Positions 37,673 to 44,793 of a stretch of DNA of 45,547 nucleotides are shown piece by piece (position 1 is the stretch's first letter; each line of letters starts with the position of its first letter). Origin of the DNA: Minisyncoccota bacterium (GTDB lineage Bacteria > Patescibacteriota > Minisyncoccia > Phycocordibacterales > UBA918); assembly GCA_040879435.1 (NCBI GenBank), contig JBBDKG010000020.1, positions 12,410 through 57,956 on the forward strand. Reading direction: 5' to 3'. A program made the translations under genes and the position numbers. Under the pieces are notes generated by a model, which was not told where the DNA came from, did not search any database, and saw nothing but the letters and a program-made list of their open reading frames with translations.

Positions 37673-37834
37673 CTATTGCACAAGCATGTGTGCCTCTCCG
37701 AGGTAGTACGGCCAGATCAGGATCGCCAGTACTCCCTGCCAGAAACCCAGCTGGAGATAGCCGATCGTAAAAAGCCATGCTGCGAGCCAGACCCCTCCCG
37801 ATAGTGTATGGTGTTCAACTTTTATCTTTTGCAT
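37673..37834 (-). CDS. Small membrane protein (53 aa)
   Basis: GVWLAAWLFTIGYLQLGFWQGVLAILIWPYYLG; TATACT 7 nt before the ATG. Confidence 0.7.
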   Translation of the reverse strand: MQKIKVEHHTLSGGVWLAAWLFTIGYLQLGFWQGVLAILIWPYYLGEAHMLVQ

Positions 37835-37856
37835 ATGCTCTAGTATACCGCACAGA

Positions 37857-38357
37857 CTACTGAGCGTTCGGTGTGAACAGGCGGCGGAGCAGATGCGACA
37901 TGCCGGCCACAATGAAGATGGCAATGATGTAGCCGATCAGGTAGGTTTCGAAGCTGTACGGGAGTCGTCCGGCGAGCCCCAGAAGGGTCGCTCCCCACCA
38001 CGAGGTGAACGAGATGCTTGCACCGAGCCAGAACGGGATCCAGCGTTTCGTTAGCAGCACTGCGTTTATAAAGATTATAGCGAACATCACATCCTTGATC
38101 CAGAGTTTCTCACTGGTGAGGATCCACATATTTCCCTCACGCAGGTGGTACCAGAACATACCGATAACGGAGAGCAGGAGTATCGCCATACCGACGCGGA
38201 TCATTCGGTAGTTCACATGCATGAGCGCGCGCTCGTCAGGACTCACCTTCTTGTCAGCGAGTGCCCGTGTGATTTGAAACTCTGCAATGGTTGCACCTCC
38301 AGTACCGAGAATGGTGCCGATGACATGGCCGGCGACAATGATGGTATAGATATCCAT
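37857..38357 (-). CDS. Hypothetical membrane protein
   Basis: About 5 TM segments; TATACT 6 nt before ATG 38357. Confidence 0.75.
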   Translation of the reverse strand: MDIYTIIVAGHVIGTILGTGGATIAEFQITRALADKKVSPDERALMHVNYRMIRVGMAILLLSVIGMFWYHLREGNMWILTSEKLWIKDVMFAIIFINAVLLTKRWIPFWLGASISFTSWWGATLLGLAGRLPYSFETYLIGYIIAIFIVAGMSHLLRRLFTPNAQ

Positions 38358-38404
38358 ACCTGAAGTATACGGTATGGAAAGTGGATGCGGACACTTCTCT
38401 GTGA

Positions 38405-38710
38405 CTACGTGCCCGTGTGCTCTTTCGCACACGCGCTGATGATGCGCGCAAGGTCTGTGTCCATAGAGGTAACTGTGTTCCCAGCGTCATGCGTTGAGAG
38501 TGTGATGTCGACGCGGTTGTATACGTTCGTCCACTCCGGATGGTGACTGATTCGTTCCGCCTCTACGGCTACGGCCATCATGAAGGCGAACGCCGCGTTG
38601 AAGTCCTTGAAGGTGTACGTTGCAAAAAGACGACCGTCAACGAGCGTCCATTTGGGAAGCGTTTCCAGTGCATCGTGTATCTCAGTTTCAGAAAGAGTAT
38701 GAACTGTCAT
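38405..38710 (-). CDS. Pterin-4-alpha-carbinolamine dehydratase-like
   Basis: FKDFNAAFAFM...HHPEWTNVYNRVDITLSTHDAG. Confidence 0.92.
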   Translation of the reverse strand: MTVHTLSETEIHDALETLPKWTLVDGRLFATYTFKDFNAAFAFMMAVAVEAERISHHPEWTNVYNRVDITLSTHDAGNTVTSMDTDLARIISACAKEHTGT

Positions 38711-38762
38711 AGGGTTTAGCATAGCAGACTCTCTCTTAGTTCGGCGTTTTTTCACGGAAATA

Positions 38763-38817
38763 GCAAGGATAATCGTGAAAAGTAGGCAATTTTGCGTGTT
38801 ATTCACGATTATCTTGC
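38763..38817. repeat. Inverted repeat (12-bp perfect arms, 22-bp spacer) at the left edge of the cassette region
   Basis: GATAATCGTGAA (38768-38779) / TTCACGATTATC (38802-38813), extendable with GCAA/TTGC. Confidence 0.8.
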
Positions 38818-38847
38818 CCCTCTGTTATCCAAATGTTACCGACCGCC

Positions 38848-38867
38848 TGGGACGACGTTGGAACTTT
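38848..38867 (+). repeat. Cassette-boundary direct repeat, copy 1
   Basis: TGGGACGACGTTGGAACTTT; NUDIX stop codon at 38869-38871. Confidence 0.85.
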
Positions 38868-38868
38868 G

Positions 38869-39324
38869 TTAGCGATTTGGCCAATCGTACTCTGAATACT
38901 TTTGACCCCTCTCGTACGATTCAATGGCAGCTCGTATATGGCCTATCGTGTTATTCGGAAGCGCCGAAAGCGGAAACCAAGAGAGGTCGTCACATTTGTT
39001 TGGCTCCATGTTGGTCGGCTCTCCCTTCCATGTCCTCGTCGTAAAATAAAAGCCTATTCGTGCATGGGGGTTTCCTGGATCATCACACCATCGATGTTGC
39101 ACTAGCTGGAAGTCTAGATCATTGGCATGAATAGTTATGCCAATTTCCTCTTGTGCTTCTCTCGCAACACCTTCACGCATCGTTTCTCCGTATTCACCAT
39201 GCCCAGCGGGTAGTCCGTAATTGCCGTCTTCCCAACCCGTTTGAAATCGCCTTGATAGAAGTATCTTTTCTTCTTTTATGAGGAGCAGAAATACTTCTGG
39301 AATAATTTTGTAGCGTTCTGACAT
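38869..39324 (-). CDS. NUDIX hydrolase
   Basis: YGLPAGHGEYGE...AREAQEEIG, EPNKCDDLSWF. Confidence 0.9.
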   Translation of the reverse strand: MSERYKIIPEVFLLLIKEEKILLSRRFQTGWEDGNYGLPAGHGEYGETMREGVAREAQEEIGITIHANDLDFQLVQHRWCDDPGNPHARIGFYFTTRTWKGEPTNMEPNKCDDLSWFPLSALPNNTIGHIRAAIESYERGQKYSEYDWPNR

Positions 39325-39463
39325 ACGGCAAGTATATCAAAAGTCCCTCAGCAACTTTTCAGGTTTCAGTTGCCCGCCGTACGTGAAGAAGACGAGCGTT
39401 CCGACTCCCAAAGGTGAGATAGTATTGAACTCCTCTGTGAGATTTTCATGATAGAATTTCTGT

Positions 39464-39769
39464 ATGATCGCATTCAATATCACAAGTATCATCGTTGTGC
39501 TCGCACTTTCTATCTCATTAGTTTATTGGTTCAAGATTTGGAAAAAAGGAACGGATACTAATTTCAAGAAGGGATCGTTTTTGTACGTCGTGTGCTTCAC
39601 GCTCTATGTTGTCGGTCAAACCTCGGCAATTTTACAAAGTAACGGCTTTGTAGAAGGCTGGTACAACCTATCGAGCTACTGCTATGCGTTAGCTGCTTTG
39701 TTATTTGCATTTGGTTCCTATTACCAATACCAGAGTGTAGTTAAAAATACTTCAACCTACATAGAATAG
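39464..39769 (+). CDS. Hypothetical membrane protein (101 aa)
   Basis: Three TM segments; TAGAAT 6 nt before the ATG; AT-rich. Confidence 0.7.
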   Translation: MIAFNITSIIVVLALSISLVYWFKIWKKGTDTNFKKGSFLYVVCFTLYVVGQTSAILQSNGFVEGWYNLSSYCYALAALLFAFGSYYQYQSVVKNTSTYIE

Positions 39770-39838
39770 GGCTACGGCTCTACAGCAAAGACGCCTTTCA
39801 CCAGCTAGCTGACTGGTGGCTCGCGCACATCAAGAAAC

Positions 39839-40384
39839 CTACAAACGATGCAAATGAGCTTCGAGCTTTTTAAGAGCAATACGGCGCATCGAGGTTCCCT
39901 TCTGTTCCTCGGTATCCATCTCGCCCCACGTTTTGGTATGACCTTCCGGAATAAAGATCGGATCCCAACCGAAACCTCGCTCTCCTTTAGGAGTTTCTGC
40001 TATTGAGCCAGCAGCGCTTCCTTCAAATACTTGTAGCGTTTGTCCGTCGTATAAACCGAACATACATTCTGCAAGCGCTGTTCTGTCGCTATATCCATCA
40101 AGCAATTTGCAAAGTCCGGAATTATCAAGTTCACCAAGGAACCATTTAACGAGCGGACCGGGTAATTTACCGAGCGCTTTGAAAATTAAAGAAGTATCTT
40201 CGACCAGCACTACTCCACCAATTTCTTTATGTGCCTCCTTTGCTTTGTGTTCAATAATTTCTTTCAATTCCAAAGACTGTATCTCCGGCAAATCAAGCTT
40301 CGTATGCGCTACCGGGTGATCTAAATGCCGTTCGAGCTGCTCGGCCTTTGCAGCATTTCCGGTGATGAATGTGAGAGCTACCAT
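39839..40384 (-). CDS. Ham1/ITPase family non-canonical purine NTP pyrophosphatase
   Basis: FITGNAAK, LPEIQ, VEDTSL, LPGPLVKWF, FGWDPIF, SMRRIAL; start at ATG 40384. Confidence 0.93.
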   Translation of the reverse strand: MVALTFITGNAAKAEQLERHLDHPVAHTKLDLPEIQSLELKEIIEHKAKEAHKEIGGVVLVEDTSLIFKALGKLPGPLVKWFLGELDNSGLCKLLDGYSDRTALAECMFGLYDGQTLQVFEGSAAGSIAETPKGERGFGWDPIFIPEGHTKTWGEMDTEEQKGTSMRRIALKKLEAHLHRL

Positions 40385-40475
40385 GGTAGTCACTATTCTA
40401 TCGTGTTTACGAGATTTGCTAAACAATCCACTTCAGGCGTTTAGGATCTCTGTCATCTTACGCAACTCGACCCTC

Positions 40476-40495
40476 TGGGACGAAGTCGAAACTAT
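40476..40495 (+). repeat. Cassette-boundary direct repeat, copy 2
   Basis: TGGGACGAAGTCGAAACTAT; contains the stop codon (40492-40494) of the next - strand ORF. Confidence 0.85.
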
Positions 40496-40968
40496 TCTTC
40501 GTCTGTAAGGTCAACGATTAGTACGTCCGGTACAATTCCAAGAGCTTGCGTTACCATAAGTCGCGTGTTACCGCTCATCAGATGATACACTCCGTCTATC
40601 TTCACAATAACAGGCATATCCATTTCAGCACCCAGTTCCATTTTTTGCTTCAAAGCTTCCCAGGCGCGCTTATTCCCTGAATCATCGGACATACCAGCGT
40701 CAACATGCATAGCAACCGTTTCAAAATCTCCCTGTTTCACGTCAGCTGCATCTGTATTGTCAAGTGTCGCTAATAATTCTTGGGTAAGTGGTACGACCGA
40801 TGCGGAAGCAACCCGTTCGTAGAATCGGTGCGTTAGCCCGTGCACATCATTAGGTCGAAATAACTTTGTAACTCGTTCAAGTTCCCCGACTTCTTGAGAG
40901 GATCTAAAGTCTGGCATCACCCACGTTGGAGAATTAGTCACCTCAGGTCTGCTATTGGACTCAAACAT
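40492..40968 (-). CDS. Hypothetical protein with ParB/sulfiredoxin-like motif
   Basis: PVIVKIDGVYHLMSGNTRL resembles the ParB/Srx GxxR motif. Confidence 0.6.
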   Translation of the reverse strand: MFESNSRPEVTNSPTWVMPDFRSSQEVGELERVTKLFRPNDVHGLTHRFYERVASASVVPLTQELLATLDNTDAADVKQGDFETVAMHVDAGMSDDSGNKRAWEALKQKMELGAEMDMPVIVKIDGVYHLMSGNTRLMVTQALGIVPDVLIVDLTDEE

Positions 40969-40998
40969 ACGGACAGTATATCAGGAGCGTTGGCTGTC

Positions 40999-41018
40999 TG
41001 GGACGACGTTGAAACTTT
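40999..41018 (+). repeat. Cassette-boundary direct repeat, copy 3
   Basis: TGGGACGACGTTGAAACTTT; 5 nt from the U-tract of the - strand terminator. Confidence 0.85.
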
Positions 41019-41023
41019 TGTAT

Positions 41024-41347
41024 AAAAAAGAGCCGCCACCAGCAGCTCTATAGAAAAAGATGAGTGGGTTTAGGCTTGGAAGGACTATCTCCCATGTTCA
41101 GACGGAGAGCTTGCGCTCTTCGCCTTACTCGCTCCTCCGTTCAGTCACCTGCCAAGATAGAATATTCACGCACGGAACTCCTATTCTTGGAGAGGAAAGG
41201 CCTGTTCCTTAGGAATCGCCATGTTGGTCTCTCTCCCACTCACCCTGCCTGATTGCAACTTGCTTGCTCTGTGAGACCGAAATCTTTCTTTAACGGAAGG
41301 CTGCTTCTAAGCCAACCGCCTGAGCTAGCAACGGCAGCAAGTTCGAC
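41024..41347 (-). ncRNA. Candidate structured ncRNA (~325 nt), group-I-intron-like core elements
   Basis: Promoter-like TTGTAT-N16-TATAAA (41381-41354), terminator AGAGCUGCU-GGU-GGCGGCUCU-UUUUU, a GCAA tetraloop hairpin and several 8-10 bp long-range complementarities; no convincing ORF. Confidence 0.6.
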
Positions 41348-41392
41348 AAGATATTTATAGCAAAGAATTCCGTTGATACAAACTATGTTGTA

Positions 41393-41412
41393 TGGGACGA
41401 AATTGGAACTTT
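41393..41412 (+). repeat. Cassette-boundary direct repeat, copy 4
   Basis: TGGGACGAAATTGGAACTTT; overlaps the stop codon (41412-41414) of the next - strand ORF. Confidence 0.85.
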
Positions 41413-41885
41413 TATAAGCGCCAACTTTTGAGGGCACCTCTAAACTGAGTTGCCGTGGCAGCATATCCGAATAAGATCAGCCACAGCCAAATATGAGTGT
41501 AGAAATGTAGCAATGAAAAGGTGACCACGAAAGACTGAATTCCAACGTATCCTAGGTGATACCAACCAGCAAAATTAAAACTTCCCTTTTCTCCATACAT
41601 CCAGCTCCCTTTTTCTCGGACTTTTTTGCGATAAATAAAATAAAGGATAATAAAGAGAGTGGTAAGGAGAATACTGGTCCAGAGTAGCCCTTTTTGGGAG
41701 TCAAGAATCTGCACGAGACCATAGTAGACTGCCAACGCATTGAATAGTGGTAAAAATACCGTGTCACCCACAAGACCGGTCACACTTGATGGGAATGCGG
41801 TGCTCTTTGTGGAAATGCGGGTAAAAACAAAAAACGCTGCTGGTCCAAAGAGTATTGTAGCCATGAATGCGAGTACTGTCTCCAT
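41412..41885 (-). CDS. Hypothetical membrane protein (157 aa)
   Basis: About 5 TM segments, AT-rich; TACTAT 6 nt before the ATG. Confidence 0.7.
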   Translation of the reverse strand: METVLAFMATILFGPAAFFVFTRISTKSTAFPSSVTGLVGDTVFLPLFNALAVYYGLVQILDSQKGLLWTSILLTTLFIILYFIYRKKVREKGSWMYGEKGSFNFAGWYHLGYVGIQSFVVTFSLLHFYTHIWLWLILFGYAATATQFRGALKSWRL

Positions 41886-41953
41886 TGCTTGATAGTACCA
41901 CCCTCTTTGGCCGTCTGAGACTCGAACTATCTCAAAAATGGTAAACTACCAGA

Positions 41954-42745
41954 ATGAAAATATACTCGTGGAACGTAAACGGCATTCGCGCGGTGCATCG
42001 AAAGGGTTTGTTTGAGCCATTTATCAAGGAACACCAACCAGATATCCTGTGTCTGCAGGAAACGAAGGCGGAGCAGGACCAATCTCCCGTGGAACTATCC
42101 GAATATGACGAATACTGGCATTCTGCAGAGAAAAAGGGCTATTCCGGCACCGCTATCTTCACCAAAATAGCCCCTGAAAATGCACTATACGGCCTCCCAG
42201 ACGAAGTGAAAGAAGCGTATGACCTCACAGACTCATACGGAGATACGAGTGCCGAAGGGCGCGTAACAACACTTGAATTGGAAGGATTCTTTATAAGTTC
42301 GGTCTATACACCGAACGCAAAGGACGACCTCTCCCGTCTTCCGGTACGACAGCGATGGGACGCTGCGTACCTTGCATACATGAAACAGCTTTCTAAGCAG
42401 AAACCAGTGATATTCTGCGGGGATCTCAATGTGGCACATACGGAACAGGATCTCGCTCGCCCCAAAGAGAACAAAGGGAAGAAAGGATTCACTGAAGAGG
42501 AACGCGATGGCATCGACAGTATGCTTGATGCAGGATTTACGGATAGCTTCCGCTTGTTCCACGAAGGCAATGGACACTACACATGGTGGTCACACTTCGG
42601 TCACGCACGCGAACGGAATGTCGGGTGGCGCATCGACTATGTGATGGTCGCAAAGGATCTGGTGCCTGTGGTGAAGAAAGCGGCGATCCATCCGGATGTA
42701 TTTGGCTCCGACCATTGTCCTGTATCGGTGGAATTAGCGCTCTAA
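41954..42745 (+). CDS. xth: Exodeoxyribonuclease III / AP endonuclease
   Basis: SWNVNGIRA, LQETK, GYSGTA, GDLNVAH, GWRIDY, GSDHCP. Confidence 0.96.
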   Translation: MKIYSWNVNGIRAVHRKGLFEPFIKEHQPDILCLQETKAEQDQSPVELSEYDEYWHSAEKKGYSGTAIFTKIAPENALYGLPDEVKEAYDLTDSYGDTSAEGRVTTLELEGFFISSVYTPNAKDDLSRLPVRQRWDAAYLAYMKQLSKQKPVIFCGDLNVAHTEQDLARPKENKGKKGFTEEERDGIDSMLDAGFTDSFRLFHEGNGHYTWWSHFGHARERNVGWRIDYVMVAKDLVPVVKKAAIHPDVFGSDHCPVSVELAL

Positions 42746-42782
42746 ATAAAGGGTGTCTTTTATCAAGGACACTTAAAGACAA

Positions 42783-42839
42783 CTATCCACAGTTATCCCC
42801 ACAACTGTCCTTTACCTTCCCCTCTCTAGGACATACTAT
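42783..42839 (+). promoter_or_regulatory. Two DnaA-box-like 9-mers followed by a putative sigma70 promoter
   Basis: CTATCCACA (42783-42791), TTATCCCCA (42793-42801), TTTACC-N17-TACTAT (42811-42839). Confidence 0.55.
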
Positions 42840-42845
42840 AGTGAC

Positions 42846-43236
42846 AGGCCAGAAAGGCAGGCTACTCAATCGACAAAACGTTTTCGATTGAAGCCTAAAA
42901 CAGTTCGTTCCACAGTAGTGTTAGAATACCTCCACTAATCTAACAAAATGTTCACAACAACCCCACCCTTATAAAAGTTCATAGCAATGGCGTGAGCCGC
43001 GAAGAGAACCGAATTATAAAAGACATTCGATCCTCCTCCCGGCTCACTCCTTCGCAACTCCCACAAATGAACTTACACGTAGAGCCGACAAACAGGCTGA
43101 CCCCGTCCTTTAGGACTTAAAAGCGGGCGCCACTTGAGGCTCCAACAGCCTCACACATGTAAGGCTCTAGTCACCCCAAAGGCCCGGAAGTCAGGAAACA
43201 AGCACCCGCTTCGATCTTGACTCCCGGGCCTTTTTT
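42846..43236 (+). ncRNA. Candidate structured ncRNA (~390 nt)
   Basis: Non-coding gap between convergent genes with at least seven stems, A/C-rich linkers, an upstream promoter and a GC hairpin plus T6 at the 3' end. Confidence 0.6.
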
Positions 43237-43237
43237 A

Positions 43238-44710
43238 TTACCCCACCTTGTGACTTCGCTCAATTGATTTGATCGCGGCAGCTTCCTCAGCTTCCTGGCG
43301 TTCCTTCCCTCTGTTCGCCAGCTCTGCAAGGGTCGAATCATCCAGTTTTTGTAGCTCTAATACGCGGTCTTTGAGAGTTTCATACGTGTTCTTTCCCGGA
43401 TCGTCCAAAACTTCCTCCAGCAGTGTGTGTAGCATGTATCCTAGGCGTTTTCCTGGTTTTTCGCCGGTGATATCCATGATCGTATCCCCTTTTATGGCGA
43501 GCATCTTGACTGAAATTGGATCACGCATAGCCTGATCCACCATCGCTTTGTATTTCCGGAAGCGGAACGGCTGTTCCTTCGGTCGTCCGGTACCGATGCG
43601 GTCGCAGATACGCAGGTTCAAGAGATCCTCGATATGCTCCTGCCCCACTCTGGTTATGGTGCGACGAACTGCAGCGAGGGTGACCTCATCAGGATCCGAG
43701 AAGAACATATGCAAGCGAACCAGTTTTTCAATGAGATCGCTCATTTCACGACTTACCTTCAAACGTTTCAGGATCGCACGGGTCATACGCGCACCGATGA
43801 CCTCGTGTCCATGGAAGGTCCAGTCTTTCTTAGCGTCGCTCCACTGTCTCGAGGCAGGTTTGCCGATGTCGTGAAGCAGCGCTGCAAGGCGCAACTCAAG
43901 CGAGAAACCCTTGTCGGCAGCAGCCTGGGCGGTCCGCAGGAGGTGTTCGTATACGTCAAACGCGTGTGCCTGGTTCTGGTCACACCCGATCGCCTCTTGT
44001 ATCTCGGGTAGGATGTGCGAAATGAGGCCAAGGCGCTCGAGAAACGCAATACCCTGCATCGGCGTGTCTGAATTGAGGATACGAAAAAACTCATCACGGA
44101 TCCGTTCTGTTGAGATATGGCCAAGAAGATCACTATTCTCACTGATTGCGGTCATTGTCTCCGCTTCGATGGCAAAATTGAGCTCAGCGGCAAGGCGCAC
44201 GGCACGCATCATACGAAGCGCGTCCTCATTAAAACGGTCGGTCGGGTTCCCTACCGTCTTCAGCCGTTTTTTTGTGATATCCCCTGCCCCGTCAAAGAGG
44301 TCGACCAATGACTCATCCTTCAGACGGAACGCGATCGCGTTTACCGTGAAATCACGGCGTTTCAGATCTTCTTCGAGCGATACTCCGAACTCAACCTTAT
44401 CCGGTCGTCTGCGGTCCGTGTATTCCGATTCACTCCGGTATGGCGTGACCTCAACCACTCTCACCCGTTCGTCACTCGCCTCTTCGTTCACGACCCCCAC
44501 CGTTCCGTAGTCGTTGTTGCAGTAGCTGTCTGGGAACAGCTCCTGGATCTGCTCAGGGGCAGCGTTCGTGGTGATATCCCAGTCTTTCGGCGTTCGGCCG
44601 ATCAGAAGGTCGCGCACGCACCCACCCACGAGGTACGCTTCATACCCCGCAGCTTCGAGCGTGTCTGCAACGAACTGGACTTCGGTCGGTATGTCTGCTC
44701 GTACGATCAT
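43238..44710 (-). CDS. cca: CCA tRNA nucleotidyltransferase with HD domain
   Basis: VGGCVRD, DWDITT, DLKRRDFTVNA, EDALRMMRA, ALLHDIGK, FHGHE. Confidence 0.93.
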   Translation of the reverse strand: MIVRADIPTEVQFVADTLEAAGYEAYLVGGCVRDLLIGRTPKDWDITTNAAPEQIQELFPDSYCNNDYGTVGVVNEEASDERVRVVEVTPYRSESEYTDRRRPDKVEFGVSLEEDLKRRDFTVNAIAFRLKDESLVDLFDGAGDITKKRLKTVGNPTDRFNEDALRMMRAVRLAAELNFAIEAETMTAISENSDLLGHISTERIRDEFFRILNSDTPMQGIAFLERLGLISHILPEIQEAIGCDQNQAHAFDVYEHLLRTAQAAADKGFSLELRLAALLHDIGKPASRQWSDAKKDWTFHGHEVIGARMTRAILKRLKVSREMSDLIEKLVRLHMFFSDPDEVTLAAVRRTITRVGQEHIEDLLNLRICDRIGTGRPKEQPFRFRKYKAMVDQAMRDPISVKMLAIKGDTIMDITGEKPGKRLGYMLHTLLEEVLDDPGKNTYETLKDRVLELQKLDDSTLAELANRGKERQEAEEAAAIKSIERSHKVG

Positions 44711-44793
44711 ATTCGCTACATTGTATGGGGTTCTCCACTATTTGTATATGCACATGCTGTGAGTAATATGAACTATGATACAATAGTACATAC

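Noticed and set aside
41190-41203. GAGGAAAGGCC on the + strand resembling the RNase P RNA GAGGAAAGUCC motif
   Set aside because: I found no matching 3' P4 strand, and the promoter, terminator and GNRA loop all favour the - strand.
38848-41412. The 20-bp repeats as a CRISPR array
   Set aside because: Spacing is irregular (about 0.4-1.6 kb), the intervals contain whole genes, and no cas genes are present.
41064-41464. ORFs 41064-41252 (+) and 41240-41464 (-)
   Set aside because: They have non-ATG starts, no leaderless or SD signal and no protein-like motifs; the region is better explained by RNA structure.
42948-42974. Micro-ORF MFTTTPPL inside the second RNA candidate as an attenuator leader peptide
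   Set aside because: There is no downstream co-oriented gene to regulate and no ribosome-binding signal; it cannot be supported.
43181-43207. GGCCCGGAAGTCAGGAAACAAGCA resembling SRP RNA domain IV
   Set aside because: The elements are in the wrong order for CAGG..GGAA..AGCA and are better explained by the terminal hairpin.
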